Of a stretch of DNA of 64,000 bases, positions 23,936 through 32,738 are shown one piece after another. The stretch spans positions 40,080 through 104,079 of the forward strand of contig WYER01000031.1 in assembly GCA_009903795.1 (NCBI GenBank). Direction: 5' to 3'. How positions within the stretch are numbered: the stretch's first letter is position 1; the number at the start of each line of letters is the position of its first letter. The position numbers and the translations under genes are program-made. Below the pieces are notes generated by a model that was given only the letters and a program-made list of their open reading frames with translations, was not told the DNA's origin and ran no database searches. The stretch comes from Nitrososphaerota archaeon. Its GTDB lineage: Archaea > Thermoproteota > Nitrososphaeria > Conexivisphaerales > UBA164.

Positions 23936-25786
23936 ATGGCTTCGCTTGATGTTGAAAGTTTAAAGGGACATATTTTTGTGGTAGGGGCGACGGGTTCGGG
24001 AAAGTCCACACTCTTAGTCTTTCTCATGAAATACATTCACGAGAACATGAAAGATGCTTCTGTTATTTTCATAGACCCACACGGCGACGCTTCTATTCAA
24101 ATCGCTTCGCTCGTCGAAAACCCAACGCTCTACGATCCTATCTACTCACCTTTCGCTCTTAACCCGATGGATCTAGGCTCTTACAAAGACGAAAGCGAAA
24201 GAACGTACTTAGTTCAAAGGCGCGTTTCGGAGCTCGTTAATATGTTGAACGAGCTTTTCGGGGTAGAACAGAGCAGAGCACCTAGGCTTTTGTGGATCTT
24301 CAGGGGCTTGCTTTACTACTTATACTCGATTACGGACACTCCTACCTTTTTAGACCTTTACACGCTCCTTTCAGACCTTTTGAAAGACCCGAACGAAATC
24401 CGGACTTTAATGAAATCCTCGGGCTTGGACGATGAAATAATTAAAAACACGATCGAAGCGATTTCATCTTTGCCTCCTGAGGCTTTCACGGCTGTGCTTA
24501 ACAGGATCTCAGGCTTTGTAATGCCCGCAGGCTCTCTAACTTCGAAAACTTTCAACACGAGGAAAACGAGCGTGGAGTGGAATAAAATGCTGGAGCCTAC
24601 ACAAGTAACGATCTTTCGCATCCCTCGTTACGCGCTCCCCGATGACTTTCGTAAGATCTTAACTTCGACAATCGTGATGGACTTGTTTTTTGCAATCGAG
24701 AAGAGGAAGAACGACGGGAAACCTATCACGCCTGTATACTTAGTAATCGATGAATTTCAGAACGTTGCTGACTTAGACATTTTAGACGTTATTTTTTCAG
24801 AAGCAAGGAAATTCGGTTTGTTTCTAGTAATAGCGCATCAGCACCTCCTTCAAGTTAACGATACGCTTTTGCATTCTATTCTAAGCAATTCAAGGCTCAT
24901 TATCGCTTTTCGTTTAGGACCCGAAGACGCGGAAAAGCTCGCGAAGGCTATGGGTAATTTGAATTTGAAAGAAACGCTCACGAACCTTCCGAACTACACG
25001 GCTTTAGTTAAATACATCGACAAGCACTACATAATGAAAACAAAGGACGTTCCTCAAGGTAACCCTGAAATCTTGAAAAAGCTATCGAAAAAAGTAGAAC
25101 TCAACGAAGACAGGATCCCCGTGTATTACGTTACAAAATCAAAATACCCTGCGCCTCCTTTTACGCCTTTGAGGTGGACTGTACTTTCGTTTATTTATAC
25201 TAACGGTCCTCAGGTTTCTTACGAGCGCGTGAAGAACGAAATGTTCCGCAAGTACGCGTGGGACGAAAGCCTAACTCTCTCTGCTTTGAATTATTTACAA
25301 GACAAAGGGCTGATAAAAGCCGTAAGAACAGCGGACGGGGTATTTTACGAAGTCACGCCTCACGGTCTTACGTATTTCAAGCCTCGCGACGTGTTTTCGA
25401 AAAGAGCGGGAGGGGCATTGCATAACGCGATGGTCGGCGAAATTTACAGAAGGTCTATCGAGAATGGCTACTGGGTTGAAGTTGACGACGGGAATAGCTT
25501 TGAAGAAAAGCCTGACCTTCTGGTTTTCATGCCTATGGAAAACACGAGTGTAGAACGCGGAGGTCTCGTGAAGAACATTCGCAGTTTGGAAGAGTGGGGA
25601 ATACCTGTCGCTTATGAGATAGAAACGCTTTCGAACTCTTCAGAACAAATAAAGAAGAACCTATACAAAAACTTGAGCAAAGGTTATCGCGTTGTATTTG
25701 TCGTGGAGAACGAAGAGAACGCAAAGAGAATTCGCGAAATTTTAGGCGAGGGAAACTATGAAGTGATAGTGCTTTCGACGTCGTGA
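23936..25786 (+). CDS. T4SS coupling-protein/HerA-like ATPase fused to a wHTH and a PD-(D/E)xK-like C-terminal domain
   Basis: Walker A VVGATGSGKST, IFIDPHGD, Walker B VYLVIDEFQ, ARKFGLFLVIAHQ. wHTH-like LNYLQDKGLIKAVRTADGVFYEVTPHG. C-terminus has EKPDLLVF...AYEIET. Confidence 0.6.
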   Translation: MASLDVESLKGHIFVVGATGSGKSTLLVFLMKYIHENMKDASVIFIDPHGDASIQIASLVENPTLYDPIYSPFALNPMDLGSYKDESERTYLVQRRVSELVNMLNELFGVEQSRAPRLLWIFRGLLYYLYSITDTPTFLDLYTLLSDLLKDPNEIRTLMKSSGLDDEIIKNTIEAISSLPPEAFTAVLNRISGFVMPAGSLTSKTFNTRKTSVEWNKMLEPTQVTIFRIPRYALPDDFRKILTSTIVMDLFFAIEKRKNDGKPITPVYLVIDEFQNVADLDILDVIFSEARKFGLFLVIAHQHLLQVNDTLLHSILSNSRLIIAFRLGPEDAEKLAKAMGNLNLKETLTNLPNYTALVKYIDKHYIMKTKDVPQGNPEILKKLSKKVELNEDRIPVYYVTKSKYPAPPFTPLRWTVLSFIYTNGPQVSYERVKNEMFRKYAWDESLTLSALNYLQDKGLIKAVRTADGVFYEVTPHGLTYFKPRDVFSKRAGGALHNAMVGEIYRRSIENGYWVEVDDGNSFEEKPDLLVFMPMENTSVERGGLVKNIRSLEEWGIPVAYEIETLSNSSEQIKKNLYKNLSKGYRVVFVVENEENAKRIREILGEGNYEVIVLSTS

Positions 25787-25798
25787 GAGGCGAGGCGC

Positions 25799-26218
25799 TT
25801 GAAATTAGACAAGTGGGACGCGTTCATCGGAGTTCTCATCGCTTTCGTCGAATCAGGAGCAAAAGTTCTCACGGGTTTTGCGCTTTCGGTCGGGTTTCGT
25901 GAAGCGAACCCTTTCATGCAAAGCCCTAAAAACGCGCTTTCAGGTCTCGCTCTTATAACTCTTATTATTTTCGCGCTTTTCTTTCTGCTCGACCCTTATC
26001 GTAAATTAGGACTTTCGATTCTGTTAGGAGTTGTGAATGCGGACTTTGCGCACGATCTTTTGCTTTTGCTTCACTTCGGCGAATACACGACGTTCGGGTT
26101 TTCAGTAGTTTCAGCGATTCTTCCCATCTTTCTCACGGCGTTCGTTCTGCTCTACGAAAGAGACCCACGGAAAGAGGAACTGAAAAAAAGAAGGAACTGG
26201 AAAATGTTCAACGTTTGA
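25799..26218 (+). CDS. small 4-TM membrane protein (DUF5658-like?)
   Basis: 139 aa, TTG start 13 nt after the ATPase stop. Contains a REANPF motif. Confidence 0.4.
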   Translation: MKLDKWDAFIGVLIAFVESGAKVLTGFALSVGFREANPFMQSPKNALSGLALITLIIFALFFLLDPYRKLGLSILLGVVNADFAHDLLLLLHFGEYTTFGFSVVSAILPIFLTAFVLLYERDPRKEELKKRRNWKMFNV

Positions 26219-26282
26219 AACCCTTTTTCCTAGCACTTTTTTACCTCAGGGATCTATCTTTTCCTCAAAAATGCTTAGAGAG
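26217..26282 (-). repeat. inverted repeat, right arm (IR-R)
   Basis: The reverse complement reads ctctctaagcatttttgaggaaaagatagatccctgaggtaaaaaagtgctaggaaaaagggtttc. Confidence 0.75.
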
Positions 26283-26344
26283 AAGAACCCCTCTTTCCAT
26301 GTCGGTTCTCTCTCCTTTCACCGAAAAAAGCATGCTCTAATTTA

Positions 26345-26397
26345 AGCGAAACGAAAAACCAAAAAAATAAAGAAAAAATTTTACGAAGTTTGCGAAC
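26345..26397 (-). terminator. shared terminator-like cassette T6
   Basis: On the gene strand: cgttcgcaaacttcgtaaaattttttctttatttttttggtttttcgtttcgctt. Confidence 0.4.
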
Positions 26398-26399
26398 GC

Positions 26400-26798
26400 T
26401 TACTGCGGTGTTTTTTTCTTTAATTTTATTATTACGGGGGTTTTGCTGTCTTTCTTTACAAAGAACGTATTATCTTTTATTTGGAATTCTCGCGGTAGTT
26501 TTTGCGCGATCTCTGGGTCAATTGTAGCAAATTCACTCTTCCCGTTCTTCGCAAGTTTGAATGAAAGAGTGTTCAAAAGGCTTTCGATGTTAACGGGGTT
26601 CGCGTTATTCGTGTTTTGTTTTTCCGTTCTAAAATGATTTTCTTTCTCACGGCAAAATTCTAGGAATACAGTAATTCTTTCTTCTTTTTCTGCGTTCGGC
26701 ATTTCTTTCTGGATAAGTTTCATGATTTCAATTAGTTCCTTCAATTTCGGATCGATTTCTTCACTGTGCTCCTTTTCCTTTACATCTTTTTCTATCAT
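26400..26798 (-). CDS. hypothetical K/E-rich protein
   Basis: 132 aa. ggtttttaaag 21 nt upstream of the ATG. Confidence 0.4.
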   Translation of the reverse strand: MIEKDVKEKEHSEEIDPKLKELIEIMKLIQKEMPNAEKEERITVFLEFCREKENHFRTEKQNTNNANPVNIESLLNTLSFKLAKNGKSEFATIDPEIAQKLPREFQIKDNTFFVKKDSKTPVIIKLKKKTPQ

Positions 26799-27129
26799 TG
26801 CACTAGAAGATAGGAATTTGCTTTAAAAACCAAAAATCATCAATTATATCTCTAATTGCTAAGAATATCATTACCTGCGGGAGTACTGGTACAATATTAA
26901 TATGACCGTCCGTGGTGGAGCTTAACAGGGTTTTCAAAATGTTCATGATCATTAATACGTCATTATCTGTCTTAGGGCTGTAAGCGGCTGGCCCGTTTTA
27001 AAAGCAGTTTAGCAAAGCGCTTTATAATCTGCCACAAGATCATTGAGGCTCACTAAGTTTCGTCAATACATCATCAACCGGAAACACATTTTATATACAA
27101 AACAAATGCTTACAGTTACGCGTTGCATT

Positions 27130-28461
27130 TTATGCCAGTCCTTCATCGAATATATTTACATCCTTTGTTTCAGGACCTAAAAACATGCCTGTTCCAAATA
27201 ATACAGCACCTATAAGAATTACAATCGAAACCGAAAGCCATACATTATTCCCTTCAAAAGGAACCATAAACTCATGCAGAAGATCAACATAATATGTAAA
27301 AAATCCAGCTATAAACAGACCAAATAGCTGTCCAAATGCGTAGCCAGAAGACCTGTGAGACGTCTTGAACCTTTCTGAAAAGTACGCGTGTATAAAGCCG
27401 AACTGCATTATTGTGAAGCTTGCGATATAAACTCCGATAAGCGTTCCAAGGAACAGGTTAATTTTAGATATATACGCAAAGCCATACATAGCTGGAATTA
27501 TTGTTAAAACAGTCATGAAGGCTAAAATTAGTCCCCACCTTCTCCTGCCAACAAGCTGAGAAATTATACCAGATACTAGGTCAAACAATGCGGAAACAAG
27601 GGTGACCAGAGTCACTATGGACAGAGCCACACTGTATTTCAAAAGTGCAGGAGGGCTAACTAGAATTGTGGTTTCAAGACTGGCAAAAGGGTAATACATC
27701 AAAAACATCCCTACACTCACCAAGAACACCTGTAAGGTTGTGTAAACTGTTGGCCTTTTAAAAAGTGAAAAGAAAGGCGTTTTTTCCACTTTGCCCTTCT
27801 TTTTTACATCTGTATATGCAGGAGATTCTTTTAGCAGATACAGGGCAAGGAATCCTATTATAAACGGCACAAGCGCTGTCAGGAAAACGTATCTCCATGC
27901 CCACGATTTCATTGCAACTAGCCCAAAATATTTATCAAACGCCAAGGTGGTAGCAGTTACAGTCACCATTCCAAATGCAAACGCGCTGTCCAGCATCCCA
28001 CTAACAATTCCCCTCCATTTTGCAGGAGTCCATTCTATAGCAAATGGATCACCTGATGCATACTCCCCTCCTATAAAAAAACCAGTAAGCATCCTCACTA
28101 TTAAAAATACATAAAATGAAATTAGACCTACTTGCGAATAAGATGGCAGAAAAGCCGGCAGTAATGAAAGTGCAGCAAGAGAAATTATTGAAACGATCAT
28201 CATCCTCTTCCTACCAACTTTATCAGCAAAATGCCCCAAAACCATTCCACCAACAGGCCTAAATACGAGGGTCACTGTGAGAGCAACAAGCATTGAAAGC
28301 GATGCAATCAGCGGTGGAATTTTTGACGGTAGAAAAACTACTGATAAAATGGGAAGCATAACGCCAATTATTGAGATATCATAAGATTCCAGTATTCTTA
28401 TTATGAACTGAAAGACTATTGCTAATACTGTATATTTTCTGGAAACGACTATTGATTCCAT
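27130..28461 (-). CDS. MFS transporter (metabolite:H+ symporter-like)
   Basis: 443 aa, about 12 TM. GHFADKVGRKR loop motif. Confidence 0.7.
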   Translation of the reverse strand: MESIVVSRKYTVLAIVFQFIIRILESYDISIIGVMLPILSVVFLPSKIPPLIASLSMLVALTVTLVFRPVGGMVLGHFADKVGRKRMMIVSIISLAALSLLPAFLPSYSQVGLISFYVFLIVRMLTGFFIGGEYASGDPFAIEWTPAKWRGIVSGMLDSAFAFGMVTVTATTLAFDKYFGLVAMKSWAWRYVFLTALVPFIIGFLALYLLKESPAYTDVKKKGKVEKTPFFSLFKRPTVYTTLQVFLVSVGMFLMYYPFASLETTILVSPPALLKYSVALSIVTLVTLVSALFDLVSGIISQLVGRRRWGLILAFMTVLTIIPAMYGFAYISKINLFLGTLIGVYIASFTIMQFGFIHAYFSERFKTSHRSSGYAFGQLFGLFIAGFFTYYVDLLHEFMVPFEGNNVWLSVSIVILIGAVLFGTGMFLGPETKDVNIFDEGLA

Positions 28462-29321
28462 TATCTCCTAATCACCTCAACAATCTCAAGGCTCATGTCG
28501 AGAGCTCTAGCTGATAAGGTTATGTATCCACAGCTAATGACATCTATATCAAGCTTTGCATACTCAGCTATATTCTCAGCTGTTATGCCTCCAGAGACCT
28601 CTATAACTACCCTATCCCTTAAGCCTCTTTTCTTAAGCTCCTCAACAACCTTAGCAACCTCTTGAGGTGGCATATTATCGGGCATTACTATGTCTGCACC
28701 AGCTTCAGCAGCCTTGATAGCATCTTCAATTGTTGATACTTCGACCTCCACCTTATGAGTAAAGCTTGCCCTTTCCTTAGCCAGCTTAACAGCTTCTTCA
28801 ACACTTCCAACAATCATTACATGGTTATCCTTAATAAGGATAGCATCTGAGAGCGAAAGCCTGTGAGTGTCTCCACCACCTACAGCAACAGCTTTCTTCT
28901 CAAAGTATCTAATACCAGGTAACGTCTTTCTTGTTGCCGCTACCTTAACCCTTGGGTTAACCTTCTTAACAATATCAACAAGTTTCCTAACCTCCGTAGC
29001 AACACCACTGCAATACATTAATATGTTAAGGATTGTTCTCTCAATAACTAACACGGTCCTAGCATCACCAACTATTTCAAGCACTTGTACGCCCCTATTT
29101 ACTGTGTCTCCATCTTTAACAAGCTCCTTAACCTCTAGGCCAAGCCTCTTAAGGAAGTAGGCAACATCCTCTACACAAGCAACAACACCGCTCTGTTTAG
29201 CTATTATCTGAGCTCTTATAGTAATGTTTTTAGGTATTACAGCATCTGTTGTTGTGTCCCAGAATGGTATGTCCTCCTCTAGAAACTTTAAGAACTTTCT
29301 AAAGATTATCTCCTCAACCAT
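28461..29321 (-). CDS. nadC: nicotinate-nucleotide pyrophosphorylase (quinolinate phosphoribosyltransferase)
   Basis: 286 aa. ATRKTLPG...EKKAVAVGGGDTHRLSLSDAILIKDNH...VEVEV...IVMPDNM...IEVSGGI. Confidence 0.8.
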   Translation of the reverse strand: MVEEIIFRKFLKFLEEDIPFWDTTTDAVIPKNITIRAQIIAKQSGVVACVEDVAYFLKRLGLEVKELVKDGDTVNRGVQVLEIVGDARTVLVIERTILNILMYCSGVATEVRKLVDIVKKVNPRVKVAATRKTLPGIRYFEKKAVAVGGGDTHRLSLSDAILIKDNHVMIVGSVEEAVKLAKERASFTHKVEVEVSTIEDAIKAAEAGADIVMPDNMPPQEVAKVVEELKKRGLRDRVVIEVSGGITAENIAEYAKLDIDVISCGYITLSARALDMSLEIVEVIRR

Positions 29322-29700
29322 AGAGGCTCCCTCCCGAGAACCCTAAACGTGTTCTCTATAGCTCTCTTCACCTTCTCGATTATCTCCCTAGGCACCATGT
29401 CCTGAATCTCGGGAGACTGGTAGTTATATACAAGAATAATGGCTCCATACTCTCTTTTCAACTTAAGTATTTCATTAATTAGGCTCCCTGTCTGCAAACC
29501 TCATCATCCTCATATTTTTTAAGGAAAGGATCTACTGGAAGATGAGAGTCGTTAACATATACTACGGGTAGGCCTGATCTTCTAAACTCCTCGATAAGCC
29601 TTTTGAGGTTTGGAATTATCTTTAGAGCTTTTTTATATTTTAATTTTCTATAGGCAAAATCTTTGAGAGGAGGTCTCATTAAATAAATTACCGAACACAT
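29306..29700 (-). pseudogene. isochorismatase/nicotinamidase-like gene, broken into two short ORFs
   Basis: GLPVVYVNDSH fragment, then a stop, then a second short ORF. Combined length is well below family size. Confidence 0.4.
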
Positions 29701-29759
29701 GTTCGGTCAACTATATCTACCAGGAATAGTACATATAAGTATTTCTTTTTTTCTGCTGT

Positions 29760-30560
29760 GTTGCATGATTTTTTGATGTGCACTCCCATGGCTAGTACTA
29801 GGTATTTTTCTGGCACTAGCTTGAGGTCAACACCACAAAAATATTGTACAAATACGCCTTCATAAGCACCTCCTTTACCATATTAACAAATTTCCTCGCC
29901 AAACTCACCAAACACATGCTTAACAACAGAGAAAACGCCTTCAACAACCACTAAAACCAAAACGATGCACCTTGCTCCAAGCCCTAGGCCCAAGCGCCCT
30001 CTGCTCCAACACAGCATCCCTTCTATACGGACACCCCATACTCCTCGCAACAGAATTAATCCTCACCCTAATCACAGGCTTTATACCACTCTGAGACAAG
30101 AAGTTAAAATTCTCCCTCGAATCATAAGCACCATCCGCAAGCACCCTTCTCACATTCACGCTCTTCATCGCACCTCTAACAAGCCTTCTCAACACCTTAC
30201 CATCATGAACTTTCTAAGATGTTCCATGCATGGATACGATCTGCTTTGTCTTGGAGTTGACGGCGAGGTGTATTTTTAGATAGCCCTTCTTCACCTTCCA
30301 CACCTTTCTTATCCAATCCCCACCTTTGTGAGCCTGCCTATGACCACGCGGTTCAAAACTCGCGTTCTTTCAGCCACTCAGTATTTCCTTGACCTTCCTC
30401 AGCTCCTTTTCGACCTTGGGAGCTGGGCTCCGCGGAGCAGTGGGCCTTGCGCGCAAGCTCGTGCACCCTCTTGAAAAGTTCAGCAATAATCACATGGTTG
30501 GGATTCTCTGGCTCGAACCACGGGATCTTGGCATACTTGAGGATGTACGTCTTCGCATCA
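29760..30560 (-). pseudogene. DDE transposase remnant (IS4/IS5-like), fragmented
   Basis: VLADGAYDSRENFNFL..GIKPVIRVR (84 aa ORF), plus out-of-frame VVEGVFSVVKHVFGE-type and N-terminal fragments read on the minus strand. Confidence 0.55.
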
Positions 30561-30710
30561 AATTATAGGTGTACGAAGCGATGCTGACCTCCCTCCTACC
30601 TTAAATGTCGAGGTTTGTTGTTCACCTTATCACGTTTTGAGTTTGTAAATTACTTCGCCCTTATGGATGTGTCCTGTTATGAAAAAGGTGAAATTTAAAA
30701 AAGAACATTT

Positions 30711-31358
30711 TTAGGGGAAGTTTCCGTAGCCTGGAGTTCTTATTGCCGAAATTGTAGTGGGACCGTCTATCTGTTGAATTATTAAATATTTCCCGACTCC
30801 CCAATCGCTCCCGTTCACGTACCACCTCGCGCTCTTAGAAGCATAAACAATCCAAGGACCCGAGCCTGCTGGAACGTAATAAACGCCTCCAGGTTTCGAG
30901 AGTTCTACGCCTAACCCGATAGTGCTTACGGGAACCAATTGCGTCGATACGTTAGCCATGAAAAGACTCCCGTAGTTCGTAAGAACGCCTGAATCAGAAG
31001 TCCCCGTCGGAAAAGTAACATACTGCCCCGTCCCTAACGTAATGCCTACGTGCTGAAAACTCAAAGACCCGTTCTGCTCTATAACGACGTCTTCAATGAT
31101 TACAGGGATCCCGTAGTTGAAAACAATAATCCCGCTCTTGCCAGAAGGAGGCAAAGCTTCAACGTAACTCACTGAAATGTTTTGTTTATTAAACTGACTT
31201 TCGTATTCTAACGCTTCGTGATAAGCGAAAGAGTTTGCGAAATAAGAACCCGTCGCGAGCAGTATCGAAAACGCGGAGAGAAAGACAATTATTATGAAGA
31301 AGAGCGCTCCTACAACGTCCGCCACGCCCTTTTCTTTCTCGCGCTTAAGAAACAACAA
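30711..31358 (-). CDS. type IV pilin-like protein
   Basis: MLFLKREKEKG-VADVVGALFFIIIVFLSAFSILLA. Confidence 0.65.
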   Translation of the reverse strand: MLFLKREKEKGVADVVGALFFIIIVFLSAFSILLATGSYFANSFAYHEALEYESQFNKQNISVSYVEALPPSGKSGIIVFNYGIPVIIEDVVIEQNGSLSFQHVGITLGTGQYVTFPTGTSDSGVLTNYGSLFMANVSTQLVPVSTIGLGVELSKPGGVYYVPAGSGPWIVYASKSARWYVNGSDWGVGKYLIIQQIDGPTTISAIRTPGYGNFP

Positions 31359-31713
31359 CCGTCTTCACCCCTTCGCTCGTTTCAATCGAAACCACGCTTC
31401 CGTGCTCTAAGTATTTGCCTAAGAAAATAGGGATTGTTTGACCTTGAGGAATAGAAGCTTGAAACGTTGAAACGTAAGCATTGCCGTCTGGTTCTCTTAT
31501 GAAAATGTTCTGCACGTGAATTATAGAGCCTCCTACGTTCGTTATGTTGAAGTAACCCGTCGTAACGTTGTAAGAAACTTTCAAAGCGAGAGGAGGTTGT
31601 GTTTGCGGGATCGACGGGTATTGCATTAAATAAAGGAGAGAGAATAAAGTCCCGAAAGTAAGGATCACGAGGAACAAAGCAATAAAGACCGAAGAGACAG
31701 CTTTCATCTTCAC
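31345..31713 (-). CDS. type IV pilin-like protein (short leader)
   Basis: MKMKAVSSVFIALFLVILTFGTLFSLLYL. Start and stop overlap the flanking pilin genes. Confidence 0.55.
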   Translation of the reverse strand: MKMKAVSSVFIALFLVILTFGTLFSLLYLMQYPSIPQTQPPLALKVSYNVTTGYFNITNVGGSIIHVQNIFIREPDGNAYVSTFQASIPQGQTIPIFLGKYLEHGSVVSIETSEGVKTVVVS

Positions 31714-32123
31714 GTAACAACCACCTCTAAAGACGAAGACGCAGAACCCGAAGGCGTTGTAATTACTGCGACGACCGTAATTTGTTGTCCTGCAGTGAGA
31801 GTAACAGGCATCGTGTAAGAGAGCGTAATCGATTGTCCCGTGTTAAGAAAAACAGGGTTAGAAGCTCCTGAAAACACTTGAGAACCTCCCGAATAAACGC
31901 TTATCGAAACGTAACCAGGAGAGCCTGTGTTCACGAGCGAAACTGTTAGATAAGTTTGCCCGTTCGCGAGAGGTGTAGCTTGAGCCGAAGTAATCGAAAT
32001 TGAAGCCCCGTTTTCAACTTGAGAACCGCGCAAAAAAAGGTAACCTGCAACGACACCGCTCGCTATTATCACTATAAGTATTAGAATCAAAGCCCCCAGC
32101 ATGTTTCCTTCTGCTAGCTTCAT
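31710..32123 (-). CDS. type IV pilin-like protein
   Basis: Start moved to ATG 32123: MKLAEGNMLGALILILIVIIASGVVAGYLF. 21 nt from the shared T/A box. Confidence 0.65.
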   Translation of the reverse strand: MKLAEGNMLGALILILIVIIASGVVAGYLFLRGSQVENGASISITSAQATPLANGQTYLTVSLVNTGSPGYVSISVYSGGSQVFSGASNPVFLNTGQSITLSYTMPVTLTAGQQITVVAVITTPSGSASSSLEVVVT

Positions 32124-32144
32124 GTCTTTTGAATGAGTTTTTGC

Positions 32145-32152
32145 TTTAAAAA
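32145..32152. promoter_or_regulatory. central T/A box (tttaaaaa) shared by divergent starts at 32123(-) and 32173(+)
   Basis: gctttaaaaatcagg, with 21 nt and 20 nt spacers. The starts are 50 bp apart, as at 9999/10049. Confidence 0.5.
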
Positions 32153-32172
32153 TCAGGTTTGCATTAAAGAGC

Positions 32173-32679
32173 ATGGACGCTCAGGAAATTTTGTGGTGGA
32201 GGGTTGAAAGCACGTGGGAAACAAAATCTATACCCATAGGCGACTTCCTTTTTTCAGTTAGAGAACTTACTTTCATTCTTACTTTCGTTCTGATAGGGTC
32301 TTTGATTGCGATCTTCGTTCCTTTAATGCCTTTCAAACTTCTAATTTTCTTCATATTTTTTGCAGTAGGTTTCATGCTTTCAAGAACGCCTGCAAATACC
32401 GTCCCGTGGGAACTTACTCTAGTTTATCGCTTCTTCTTTTTAGGAAAAGAACGAAAGCCTGTCCCTGTTCAAACTCCGAAAGTTGCAAAACAGGAAGAAA
32501 TGCTCGCGACAATACCTAGCGTCCCGATTGCCTTCACTGGAGAAGTTAGCGTGGAAAAGCAAGAACAAATTACTCTTTTCGTGGACGGTCGCGAAAGGGG
32601 GAGCGTTTTCGTTTCGCCTTCAAACCAGAAATACCGCATCTATTACATTCCCGAAAAGAACGAAGGAGGCGTTCACTAA
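32173..32679 (+). CDS. membrane protein with a TM hairpin and a soluble C-terminal domain
   Basis: 168 aa. LTFILTFVLIGSLIAIFVPLMPFKLLIFFIFFAVGFML. Confidence 0.4.
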   Translation: MDAQEILWWRVESTWETKSIPIGDFLFSVRELTFILTFVLIGSLIAIFVPLMPFKLLIFFIFFAVGFMLSRTPANTVPWELTLVYRFFFLGKERKPVPVQTPKVAKQEEMLATIPSVPIAFTGEVSVEKQEQITLFVDGRERGSVFVSPSNQKYRIYYIPEKNEGGVH

Positions 32680-32738
32680 ATCGAAATACGGCTCGGGAAT
32701 GAAACGATTACTAGAACAAAAGTAGAGGTGAAGCGCGC

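Noticed and set aside
19181-26397. CRISPR-like array suggested by recurring intergenic repeats
   Set aside because: The repeats occur at gene boundaries with kb-scale irregular spacing and in both orientations. They are promoter/operator and terminator modules, not a repeat-spacer array. No cas genes were seen.
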